32,000 nucleotides of DNA from contig JBMYVL010000008.1 of the NCBI GenBank assembly GCA_049606355.1, forward strand, positions 60,001 through 92,000. The letters are read 5' to 3'. Source of the DNA: Opitutales bacterium (GTDB lineage: Bacteria > Verrucomicrobiota > Verrucomicrobiia > Opitutales > Coraliomargaritaceae). The position numbers and the translations under genes are program-made. Positions within the stretch are counted from its first letter, which is position 1. Each line of letters starts with the position of its first letter. The notes below the pieces were generated by a model. The model saw only the letters and a program-made list of their open reading frames with translations. It ran no database searches and had not been told where the DNA came from. Below are positions 9,083 through 17,146 of this stretch, one piece after another.

Positions 9083-10417
9083 ATGAGAAAAAAAATAATT
9101 AGCGCCCGAAAGTTCATCAAGCCCTCTTTCAGTTATCTGGTCGAGAAGAAGCGCGATGGCGGTGAGTTTACCGACGAGGAAATTCGTTACATCGTCGATT
9201 CGATCCTCGATGAAGACTTGCCCGAGTTCCAGCAGGCAGCTTTGGCGATGGCGGTCTATTTCCAAGGCATGTCGGCGCAAGAGACTGCAGTTTTTGCCGA
9301 AGAAATGATGCTTTCGGGTGAAGTGATTGACCTTACAGGAATCGCGCGTCCGAAAATCGACAAGTATTCAACGGGGGGTGTGGGCGACAAAACCACGCTG
9401 GTTCTTGGCCCCTTGGCGGCCGCTTGTGGAGTGGTCATGCCCACCATGAATGGTGTCGATGAGGAGCATGTGATCAGTAATCTCGACAAGCTTTCGTCGA
9501 TCCCGAAATTCAATCCAGTATTGGATTTAAAAGGCTTCAAGGCGCAACTCAAGGAAGTCGGCTGCACGTTCATACAGCAGGATGAAGAGATCGCTCCCGT
9601 AGATGCGATGCTGTTTAAGATGCGTCAGCAAACCGGTACCATTCCCAGTTTGCCCCTCATTACAGGCTCGGTGCTCAGTCGTAAACTTGCTGAGGGCGCC
9701 GAGGGACTGGTCGTCGATGTTAAGTGGGGCAACGGGTCGTTCATCAAGGATCTGGAGCAAGCGAAGCAACTGGCGCGTTCCATTACCCGGGTCGGCCGTT
9801 CGATGAAGCGTCGTTGTGTCGCCTTGGTTACGGATATGAATCAGCCGCTGGGTGATACCGTCGGTACCGCGCTGGAGATCAAAGAAGCCATTGAATTACT
9901 CAAAGGTGAAGGGCCGGAAGATTTGCAAGAGCTGGTATTAAAGCTCGGGATGGAGATCGTTCGCTTGGCAGGTGTTGCCGGATCGACATTGTCAGCGAAG
10001 CAGACCGTACTCCGCCACTTGAAGGATGGTTCAGCGCTGGAGAAGTTTAAGCTGATGGTCGCTGCCCAGGGTGGAGATACGTCTTTAATTGATAATCCGG
10101 ATAAGTTCCCAACCGCGAAACACGTACGCAAGTTGCCCGCACCGAAACGCGGTTATGTGCATACGATCAATGCCGGCATGATTGCAGAAGGTGTGCAGAA
10201 GTTGGCTACGCGCAAGAATGGTAAATATGACCCAGCAGTGGGTGTGTCAGAAATTAAGAAAGTAGGGACTCAGGTGAAGCAAGGTGAGCCACTCATGATG
10301 ATTCACTATAATGACGAAGCGAAGATGGAAGAGGCGCTGGAGTATCTGAAGACCGCTTACAGGCTCGCGCCTAAGCGTCCGAACCCGCCGGAGCTGATTG
10401 TCGAGCGTGTCGCTTAA
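9083..10417 (+). CDS. Thymidine/pyrimidine-nucleoside phosphorylase family protein, divergent active site
   Basis: 444 aa, collinear with DeoA/PyNP: KKRDGGEFTDEEIRYIV, DKYSTGGVGDKTTLVLGPLAAACG, IPSLPLITGSVLSRKLAEG and LVTDMNQPLG. The canonical SGRGLGHTGGT loop is replaced by NGVDEEHVISN (see findings). Confidence 0.75.
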   Translation: MRKKIISARKFIKPSFSYLVEKKRDGGEFTDEEIRYIVDSILDEDLPEFQQAALAMAVYFQGMSAQETAVFAEEMMLSGEVIDLTGIARPKIDKYSTGGVGDKTTLVLGPLAAACGVVMPTMNGVDEEHVISNLDKLSSIPKFNPVLDLKGFKAQLKEVGCTFIQQDEEIAPVDAMLFKMRQQTGTIPSLPLITGSVLSRKLAEGAEGLVVDVKWGNGSFIKDLEQAKQLARSITRVGRSMKRRCVALVTDMNQPLGDTVGTALEIKEAIELLKGEGPEDLQELVLKLGMEIVRLAGVAGSTLSAKQTVLRHLKDGSALEKFKLMVAAQGGDTSLIDNPDKFPTAKHVRKLPAPKRGYVHTINAGMIAEGVQKLATRKNGKYDPAVGVSEIKKVGTQVKQGEPLMMIHYNDEAKMEEALEYLKTAYRLAPKRPNPPELIVERVA

Positions 10418-10439
10418 CGCCTTTCAATTTTAAAGCAAA

Positions 10440-10466
10440 GCCCCGATCGAAGGTCGGGGCTTTTTT
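10440..10466. terminator. Rho-independent terminator shared by the convergent phosphorylase-like gene and efp
   Basis: GCCCCGA-tcgaagg-TCGGGGC followed by TTTTTT on the plus strand. On the minus strand the same stem is followed by TTTGCTTTAAAATT. Confidence 0.8.
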
Positions 10467-10522
10467 GCGCCCTGCAGTCCCACTTCAGGGAGCTAGCTCG
10501 AGCACGGAGGAATGGCGAGGAC

Positions 10523-11080
10523 CTATGCGCGACCTTGATAGGTGCGTTCGGCAGTGCTGACTTTGATCAACTCACCTTCTTTTATAAATAAGGGAACTTG
10601 TATGGTTAATCCAGTTTCCAGTTTTGCCGGCTTTTGCACGTTGGAAGCCGTGTCGCCTTTGACTCCCTCAGGCGATTCAACGACCTTTATCTCGATGGAC
10701 GCAGGCAAGTCGATTTGCACCGGTTTTTCATCGACGTGAAGAATACTGTAAACCTGATTCTCAACTAAGAAATCCTTGGCGTCTTCAACCAGTTTTTCTT
10801 CGAGAATAATATCTTCAAAAGTCTCTGGCTCCATAAAGTGGTAGCCATCCCCGTCGATGTAACTGAATTCCAGTTTTACACTTTCAGTGTGCAGAATGTC
10901 GACGCTATCAGTGGTTCGGATTTTGGTGTTTGTCGACGATCCGGTATTTAAATTGCGCATCGTAACCTGCATGAAGCCAGCCTGACGGCCCTGCGTGCGG
11001 TGTTGTACATCTAGAACCAGATGCGGTGCGCCTTGATAATCGAGGACCTTGCCTTTACGAACTTCTGTAGGAGATGCCAT
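10523..11080 (-). CDS. efp: Translation elongation factor P
   Basis: 185 aa with the typical EF-P fold sequence (VRKGKVLDYQGAPHLVLDVQHRTQGRQAGFMQVTMRNLNTG...). The loop-tip residue is Arg32 (codon CGT at 10985-10987, minus strand). Confidence 0.92.
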   Translation of the reverse strand: MASPTEVRKGKVLDYQGAPHLVLDVQHRTQGRQAGFMQVTMRNLNTGSSTNTKIRTTDSVDILHTESVKLEFSYIDGDGYHFMEPETFEDIILEEKLVEDAKDFLVENQVYSILHVDEKPVQIDLPASIEIKVVESPEGVKGDTASNVQKPAKLETGLTIQVPLFIKEGELIKVSTAERTYQGRA

Positions 11081-11281
11081 TGCGGTAATCGTTCAATATG
11101 GAGTAAGCGTTGAAAGGTTTCATGTGTCAGTGCGGTCGCGTGCTGTCAAGACGGCAGCGAATCGGCGGATGCTGCACCTGTTGAATCAGGAATAGTCTCC
11201 CTTGCTGCAGTTGATGTCGTCTCCTAGGGCAGCGTCGCTGCGCTCGCGAAGTACTGTCTTGGCATTGGATGAGCTCGAGGG

Positions 11282-11749
11282 TTACTCGGGTCGATAGTGC
11301 TTCAGTAAATTGGCACAACCGTCTTCGAGAATATCGAGGACGAGTTCGAAACCCTCGCCTTCACCATAGTAGGGGTCGGGAACTTCTTTTTCGGAACGCT
11401 GCGTACAAAAATCGCAAAACAGTTTCAGCTTGTGGTGAAGTGCGCCGCTTGCATCGAGCTGGCGGGCATCACGTAGATTAGCTTGGTCCATGGCTAAAAT
11501 GAGATCATAGTACTCGAGGTCGCTGGCAAGCAGGTGGCGCGCGCGTCCGACAATTGGAACTCCTCGCCGGCGTAACGCATCCTGCATGCGCGCGTCTGGA
11601 GGGGCGCCACGATGAAAGTCGAGCGTGCCGGCAGACTCGATTTCAAAGTGCTCGCTTAAGCCAGCCGCATCGACTCGTTTCTGAAAAATGCAATGGGCAG
11701 CCGGTGAGCGGCAAATATTACCCATGCACAAGAAAAGTATGCGATTCAT
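11282..11749 (-). CDS. Low-molecular-weight protein-tyrosine (or arsenate-reductase-like) phosphatase
   Basis: 155 aa. The N-terminal P-loop [15 protein letters not shown] gives the CX5R(S/T) motif, and a conserved downstream Asp is present in ...VPDPYYG. Confidence 0.85.
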   Translation of the reverse strand: MNRILFLCMGNICRSPAAHCIFQKRVDAAGLSEHFEIESAGTLDFHRGAPPDARMQDALRRRGVPIVGRARHLLASDLEYYDLILAMDQANLRDARQLDASGALHHKLKLFCDFCTQRSEKEVPDPYYGEGEGFELVLDILEDGCANLLKHYRPE

Positions 11750-11791
11750 TGGCGGTAGCTGTGTTTCAGTGTGAGGCTGATATGCGTGCGA

Positions 11792-12805
11792 TCACGGCGC
11801 TTCCGAGAACTCGTGGGTGGCATCCTCACCAAACTGCTCAGTGTGTTCGGCGGCTACGCGTTCCAAGTCGGGCAATTGGATCACCGTTCCGAGTGCCGTA
11901 CGAATTTTCCGTGACCCTGGCATTCCTTTAGTGAGCGCAATGAATTTGGGGCGCATCCAACGCAGGTCACTGTGCTTTTGTTCGCGGAAGGGGCGGTTCA
12001 TTATATTGCGGGCATACTCAATAATGGTTTCCCAGCGTTCGGCGACACTCGGAGGAGATGGCACGCTGCCGTGCTCCAGCGTATGCTTGATATCGCGAAA
12101 AATCCACGGGTAGCCAAGTGCCGCGCGCCCGATCATGAGGCCTGCGCAGGGAGTGTGCGCACGTAGGTGCAGGACATCCGCAGCATTGCTTATGTTGCCA
12201 TTGCCAATCACAGGGATTGATAGTTGCTCGGCGACTTCAGCAATTACGGGCCAGTTGGCTTCGCCGCGGTAACCTTGTTCTTTAGTCCGCCCATGTATCG
12301 TGAGTACTTGCGCACCTTCAGATTCGGCAATATGCCCGACTTCTTTAGCGACGATAGAGCGCTCGTCCCAACCCGTACGAATTTTTACCGTTACCGGCGT
12401 TTCGGGCACTGCTTGAACGACTGCCGCAGTAACTTTAGCTAATTTAGGCAGGTTGCGGAGCATCGATGACCCCGCATCCATGCAGATCACGCGCTCGGCG
12501 GGACAACCGAAATTGATGTCGATAAAATCCGGTTGCATGCGATCGGTCAGTAGGCGCGCTGCTTGACCCATAGACGCTGGGTTGGAGCCGAAAATTTGTA
12601 TTCCCATGGGGCGTTGCGCTTCGGTGAAGTCGACCGTTTCCCAAAGTCGATCATCGCCGCGGATGATCGCATCGGCCTGCACAAATTCTGTGACCATCAC
12701 ATCTGCACCCTGCTCTTTACAGAGTTGGCGGAAGACCACATCGGTAAAACGCGCCATTGGAGCCAGATAGAGGGGAAATTTGCCGTTTTCGAACCAAGGC
12801 AGCAT
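11792..12805 (-). CDS. dus: tRNA-dihydrouridine synthase
   Basis: 337 aa. Dus-family TIM-barrel motifs are present: [54 protein letters not shown] and GNGNI. Confidence 0.88.
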   Translation of the reverse strand: MLPWFENGKFPLYLAPMARFTDVVFRQLCKEQGADVMVTEFVQADAIIRGDDRLWETVDFTEAQRPMGIQIFGSNPASMGQAARLLTDRMQPDFIDINFGCPAERVICMDAGSSMLRNLPKLAKVTAAVVQAVPETPVTVKIRTGWDERSIVAKEVGHIAESEGAQVLTIHGRTKEQGYRGEANWPVIAEVAEQLSIPVIGNGNISNAADVLHLRAHTPCAGLMIGRAALGYPWIFRDIKHTLEHGSVPSPPSVAERWETIIEYARNIMNRPFREQKHSDLRWMRPKFIALTKGMPGSRKIRTALGTVIQLPDLERVAAEHTEQFGEDATHEFSEAP

Positions 12806-12870
12806 AAAATTTCGACTTATCGAGTGGATTTTTTGGAATAATGTGGCATTTTCACGTGTCTCATTGCTGT

Positions 12871-12901
12871 TTATTGAAACATTCGTCTGCTATTTGAAAC
12901 A
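12871..12901. promoter_or_regulatory. Direct repeat TTGAAACA (x2, 20 bp apart) in the divergent dus / Cys-rich-gene intergenic region
   Basis: TTATTGAAACA (12871-12881) and CTATTTGAAACA (12890-12901) were read directly. The region is AT-rich and lies 40-70 bp upstream of the 12940 ATG. Function is unknown. Confidence 0.25.
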
Positions 12902-12939
12902 GAGTAGCTATTCTCACACGTTAATTCACAATCTTAAAT

Positions 12940-13182
12940 ATGAAAAAATTATTCCTGATTCCAGTTCTCATGTTTGCGGCAGCAGCGGTTGCCAGTGCTA
13001 GTTGTGGTGGTTGCGGTAGTGCTGCCAAAGGTAAAGCCGCAGAGAAGGCTTGTGCCACGAGCTGCGCTAAAGCATGTGGTAGTAAAAAAGCTACCTGCGC
13101 GTCTGCCTGCGAGAAAAAGTCTTGTGCGAAAGAGGAAGCGAAAGCGTCCAGTGCACTCACACCTTCTTGCTGCGCGAAGTAA
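12940..13182 (+). CDS. Small exported Cys/Ala/Lys-rich protein (candidate metal-binding or disulfide-rich microprotein)
   Basis: 80 aa with an ATG start. The Sec-type signal is MKKLFLIPVLMFAAAAVASA; a weak lipobox SASC is also possible. The mature part has 10 Cys in about 59 aa, including CGGC, CATSCAKAC, CASAC and CC. The ORF is followed by a hairpin plus T-run terminator. Confidence 0.6.
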   Translation: MKKLFLIPVLMFAAAAVASASCGGCGSAAKGKAAEKACATSCAKACGSKKATCASACEKKSCAKEEAKASSALTPSCCAK

Positions 13183-13224
13183 TCCTGAGTCGTTTAGCTC
13201 TCAAGCGAGCATCCGATACAGTAC

Positions 13225-13256
13225 AGCCCTGTCGATTAGTTCGCAGGGCTTTTTTG
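13225..13256. terminator. Hairpin terminator shared by the Cys-rich gene (+) and the convergent symporter gene (-)
   Basis: AGCCCTG-(12 nt)-CAGGGCT followed by TTTTT(T). The 3' arm overlaps the last codons of the symporter gene (stop at 13236-13238). Confidence 0.6.
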
Positions 13257-14723
13257 TGTCCAGCAATAAGCGAGGCAAAAGGTCCAAGCGGTACCAATGA
13301 GGATAAGCCAAGACCAACCGATCGCCAACAGACCTTTCTCGATGAGCAGAAGCAGTAGCCCACAGACCAGGGTACCACTGAGCATCGCTACCGAGTTGCC
13401 GGTATCGCGGCCCCGTCGACTGAACAGCCCCACTAGGAAGATGCCGAGTAGCGCGCCATAAGTGATACTCCCGATTTTAAAGGTTAGCCATAGGAAGCCA
13501 TTGGCGTCTTTCAACGCGTAAGCGACGGTAGCTAGGATACAGCCAAAAATTACAATAAATAAGCGGGAGACCCAAATGTCGTTCGCGCGATTGTTCGGCT
13601 TTTGAATAAGGGGTCGATACAGGTCGACTAAGGCCGACGAACTGAGCGCTCCCATTGCTGAGTCAAGGCTCGACATCGCAGCCGCCAGGACACCGACCAA
13701 TAACAAGCCTCGTAGCCCGCTGGGTAGTTCGTTGCCGATAAACCAGGGGAACACTTTATCGGGCCCAACCGGCAACTGCGCTCCAGTGTGGATCTGGTAA
13801 TAAGCAAACAGCGCAATTCCAATGAGTAGAAAGAGGGCGGCGATTGGCACTGAAATCAAGCCACTCATTATAACACTACGCCGAGCGGCTTTTACGTTTG
13901 TGCAGGTGAGCATGCGCTGAGTTAAGTCTTGATCGGTGCCGAATGCAGCAGTGGTACTGAGAAAACCAAAGAGAATGGCAATATAGAGGAGGGTGGGATC
14001 GTTGAGCCAGGCGCCGGCACCGCTAGACTCGCCCCTCGGTGAAAAGCGAAAGATTTCAAAGCGGTTTTCGGCGGCACCCACCTCTAGTATCGTCGTATAG
14101 CCAATCGTATGAGCGATATAAGCGAACACTGCGATCCCGCAGCTAATGAAGACGGTGGCTTGAAGCACATCCGTCCATATGATGCCCCGAATCCCTCCAC
14201 TGCCAGTATAGAGGATGGCGACCGCGGTGAAGGTCGTGAGGCAGGCGATGAACGGTAGATCAAGTATTAGGCTCAGTCCCATCGCGGCGATCATCAACCG
14301 AACTGCTGAGGCTAAAAGTCGCGTAACGATAAACAATGCCGAAGCACAATAGCGAGTTTGGTTCCCAAATCGTTTCCCGAGGTAATCATAAATCGTCAGG
14401 CTATTCATGCTATAAAAAGCACCGAGGAAAAACCATGCGATGAAGATGCGCGCCAGCAGCGAACCAATGCCCATCTGTAGATAATTCATGTTTTCGGAGA
14501 AGCCGGTACCAGGTGTCGCCAGAAAGGTAGATGCACTGACTTCGGTTGCGACCAGAGAGCCAAGGACTGCCAGCCAAGGCATTTGTCGGCTGCCATTTAT
14601 AAAGTCTTCGGAATTCTTGCTGTTGCGCGACTGGGTGTAACCGATCCCGAGTACCGCAATAAAATAGAGTGCGACGATACCCGCATCTAAGGCACTGAAT
14701 TTGTGGATAAGGTCGGTAAGCAA
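13236..14723 (-). CDS. Sodium:solute symporter (SSS/SLC5) family transporter
   Basis: 495 aa with about 13 TM helices. The N-terminus LDAGIVALYFIAVLGIGYTQSR...EDFINGSRQMPWLAVLGSLVATEVSASTFLATPG is typical of the SSS family. The start codon is TTG. Confidence 0.8.
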   Translation of the reverse strand: MLTDLIHKFSALDAGIVALYFIAVLGIGYTQSRNSKNSEDFINGSRQMPWLAVLGSLVATEVSASTFLATPGTGFSENMNYLQMGIGSLLARIFIAWFFLGAFYSMNSLTIYDYLGKRFGNQTRYCASALFIVTRLLASAVRLMIAAMGLSLILDLPFIACLTTFTAVAILYTGSGGIRGIIWTDVLQATVFISCGIAVFAYIAHTIGYTTILEVGAAENRFEIFRFSPRGESSGAGAWLNDPTLLYIAILFGFLSTTAAFGTDQDLTQRMLTCTNVKAARRSVIMSGLISVPIAALFLLIGIALFAYYQIHTGAQLPVGPDKVFPWFIGNELPSGLRGLLLVGVLAAAMSSLDSAMGALSSSALVDLYRPLIQKPNNRANDIWVSRLFIVIFGCILATVAYALKDANGFLWLTFKIGSITYGALLGIFLVGLFSRRGRDTGNSVAMLSGTLVCGLLLLLIEKGLLAIGWSWLILIGTAWTFCLAYCWTQKSPAN

Positions 14724-14823
14724 GGAAGAGAGCTAAGCTAGCCATTAAACGCGCGTCAAGTCAGTGCCTTTCTCAGGGCTTCGACCTCGCTAGGGGCGAT
14801 TCGCATTGGTATTGATTAGGACT

Positions 14824-15222
14824 ATGAGGAGTCCCGAAACCGCGCTCATTGTCGATGACGAGAAGCATCTTAGATTATATCTTAGACTGATCCTCAGTCA
14901 GCTTGGTTTAACCACTATCGTCGAGGCCTCCAATGGCCGGGAAGGGATCGAAAGATATAAGGCAGTAAAGCCTGATTTGGTGCTTATGGATGTAAATATG
15001 CCAGTGGTTGAGGGGATTGAAGCCTTACGTGGGATCGTCGATTTGGATGCCGATGCGGTGGTGGTGATGGTTTCGTCAATGGCGACGCGGCAAGTGGTCG
15101 AAGACAGCGTCAAGCAGGGCGCGACTTACTACATTCGCAAAGACAGCTCCAAGGATGAAATAATACAAATAATTCGTAACTTGATTCAGGATATCTGGGG
15201 TATTCAGGCACTGGATTCATGA
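14824..15222 (+). CDS. Single-domain CheY-like response regulator (receiver only)
   Basis: Receiver motifs are present: LIVDDE, the phospho-acceptor in LVLMDVNMP, VVMVSS, and a Lys in YYIRKD. I chose the ATG at 14824; a TTG at 14806 is the longest possible start. Its stop overlaps the next ORF's start (ATGA at 15219-15222). Confidence 0.85.
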   Translation: MRSPETALIVDDEKHLRLYLRLILSQLGLTTIVEASNGREGIERYKAVKPDLVLMDVNMPVVEGIEALRGIVDLDADAVVVMVSSMATRQVVEDSVKQGATYYIRKDSSKDEIIQIIRNLIQDIWGIQALDS

Positions 15223-15419
15223 GCGAGCAACGGCAGAGTCAAGGCAGCGACAATCAGGGCCCAATCGCTGAATTCAAGCAGCGTCGGTTATACTCGATTG
15301 AGTCGCTGCTCGAAGAAGTGCGCGTTGAACAGCAAAATTCGACCTACAGTCGCGAATTGGTTGATTCGGCAGAAATAAAAAAAATGTTCTTCGCCAGAAG
15401 GCAGGCACATAAAAAATAA
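15219..15419 (+). CDS. Hypothetical 66-aa hydrophilic protein, translationally coupled between the CheY and ATPase genes
   Basis: It has an ATG start overlapping the upstream stop (ATGA), and the ATPase ATG lies 5 nt after its stop. Its helical, charged sequence (PIAEFKQRRLYSIESLLEEVRVEQQ...) matches no family I recognise. The coding call rests only on operon geometry. Confidence 0.45.
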   Translation: MSEQRQSQGSDNQGPIAEFKQRRLYSIESLLEEVRVEQQNSTYSRELVDSAEIKKMFFARRQAHKK

Positions 15420-15424
15420 TAGCG

Positions 15425-17116
15425 ATGCCTACGACCATCCGTGAAGACTTGGCAAAACGGAGTATCCTACTTACTGATGAAGTCTATGCACGGGCGTTGC
15501 AATCCGCACCGGAAGCCACGCTTGAACTAATCGAGTACTTAATCGAAGCAGCGCTTATCGATAAAGCCTTAGGCTGCCGAATTTGGAGTGACCGAATCGG
15601 CTACGCTTATGTGGATCCTATTGCGACACTTATTAGTGCAGAGGCGCTCGCATGTGTGCCTCGGGAGATTGCCTGCAAAGCTGCTATCGTACCATTGTAT
15701 GCGATTGACGGTGTGCTGACCGTGGCAATGCCAGACCCGCACAATCAAGCTTTAATCAGCCGTTTGGCGGCGATTACAGGGCGTTCAATCAGCCCAGTCT
15801 TTTGCCTCGCCGCGGAGGTTCGTGAGGCAATTGATTTGTATTATAGTTCCGAAAAAAGCGTTAAAGAACTGATTGATCAACTGGAGCAAACGCAGGCTGC
15901 TCGACTCAGTCAACTGGAGCCTGAAGAACTGTCCGAATGGACCGAGTCGGAGTCAATTATAGGGCTCTGTGATGCACTGATCTTGTTGGCGATTAAAGAG
16001 CGGGCTTCCGACATCCATATTGAACCGGGAGAGCTAAAGACCTTAGTACGTTTACGTATCGATGGCCGTTTGCAAGCAGTGTTGAAGATGCACAGGGCTT
16101 TGTATGTGCCATTGAAGTCGCGGATTAAGATACTTTGTAATATGAACATTGCCGAAACGCGTCTGCCTCAGGACGGGCGCTTTTCGGTGCCACTTGGCGA
16201 GAGTCAGATCAATTTTCGTGTTTCGGCGATCCCGACTATTCATGGGGAGAAGATCGTGTTGCGTCTCTTAGCCCTCACCGGCAAAAAAGACTTCAAGTCC
16301 TTGGAGCAAATGCTAATGCCGCAGTCGATACTGCAGCCTTGGCAACGGATTATTCAAAGTCCGAACGGAATGATTTTTGTGACGGGGCCGACCGGTTCCG
16401 GTAAGTCAACGACCTTGTATGCCAGTCTTCATGAGATCAATTCGGAGGCGATTAATATTTGCACGATTGAGGATCCTGTTGAAACCAAGATGGCTGGCGT
16501 TGTGCAATCGCAGGTGAATGAATCGATCGGCCTTAGCTTCGCATCGTTGTTACGCTCTTTATTACGGCAGGATCCTGATGTGATGCTGGTTGGAGAAATT
16601 CGCGATTTAGAGACAGCTAAAATTGCCACTGAAGCCGCTCTCACCGGGCACTTGGTTTTCTCGACCCTGCATACGAATAATGCGATTCAGGCAATTGTTC
16701 GCTTGGTGGAGTTGGGGATTGAGCCTTATATGGTGGCACCTTCAATATTAGCAGTTCTGGCGCAGCGCCTAACCGCTCGTATCTGTGATAATTGTAAGGT
16801 TGCGTATACGCCGGCAGCAGAAGTACTCAGTGACTATTTCTATGATGCCCAAGCGGTAGAGCCGCCATTATTTTATCATGGTGCTGGATGTGCCTGTTGC
16901 CGCCAAACGGGCTATTATGGACGCGTGGCACTCCACGAACTGGTACTCGTTACGAGTGAGTTGCGTGAACTGATCGCTCAGTCCGGTTCGGATGCGCAGT
17001 TAACCGAAGCAGCGATGAAAGCGGGTTACCGACCTCTTTGCTACGATGGCTTACGGAAAGTTCTGCTTGGCTTGACGACGATCGATGAATTGCGCACGCA
17101 GGCGTTCTTCAATTAG
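15425..17116 (+). CDS. PilB/GspE-family secretion ATPase (type IV pilus / type II secretion type)
   Basis: 563 aa. There is an N-terminal T2SSE_N-like domain (..AIVPLYAIDGVLTVAMPDPHN..). Walker A is GPTGSGKSTT, the Asp box is IEDPVE, Walker B is DPDVMLVGEIRD and the His box is GHLVFSTLHTN. A tetracysteine motif is present (CDNC...CACC). Confidence 0.88.
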   Translation: MPTTIREDLAKRSILLTDEVYARALQSAPEATLELIEYLIEAALIDKALGCRIWSDRIGYAYVDPIATLISAEALACVPREIACKAAIVPLYAIDGVLTVAMPDPHNQALISRLAAITGRSISPVFCLAAEVREAIDLYYSSEKSVKELIDQLEQTQAARLSQLEPEELSEWTESESIIGLCDALILLAIKERASDIHIEPGELKTLVRLRIDGRLQAVLKMHRALYVPLKSRIKILCNMNIAETRLPQDGRFSVPLGESQINFRVSAIPTIHGEKIVLRLLALTGKKDFKSLEQMLMPQSILQPWQRIIQSPNGMIFVTGPTGSGKSTTLYASLHEINSEAINICTIEDPVETKMAGVVQSQVNESIGLSFASLLRSLLRQDPDVMLVGEIRDLETAKIATEAALTGHLVFSTLHTNNAIQAIVRLVELGIEPYMVAPSILAVLAQRLTARICDNCKVAYTPAAEVLSDYFYDAQAVEPPLFYHGAGCACCRQTGYYGRVALHELVLVTSELRELIAQSGSDAQLTEAAMKAGYRPLCYDGLRKVLLGLTTIDELRTQAFFN

Positions 17117-17146
17117 ACACCCGTACGGGCCACTACGCGAATCGTA

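Noticed and set aside
12921-13300. Alternative-frame (12974-13300, +) and antisense (12921-13160, -) ORFs across the Cys-rich gene
   Set aside because: All three frames are open only because the region is made of GCN/AAR/TGY-type codons. Only the 12940 frame has an ATG, a signal peptide and a stop ahead of the terminator. The 12974 frame would run through the terminator hairpin into the symporter gene.
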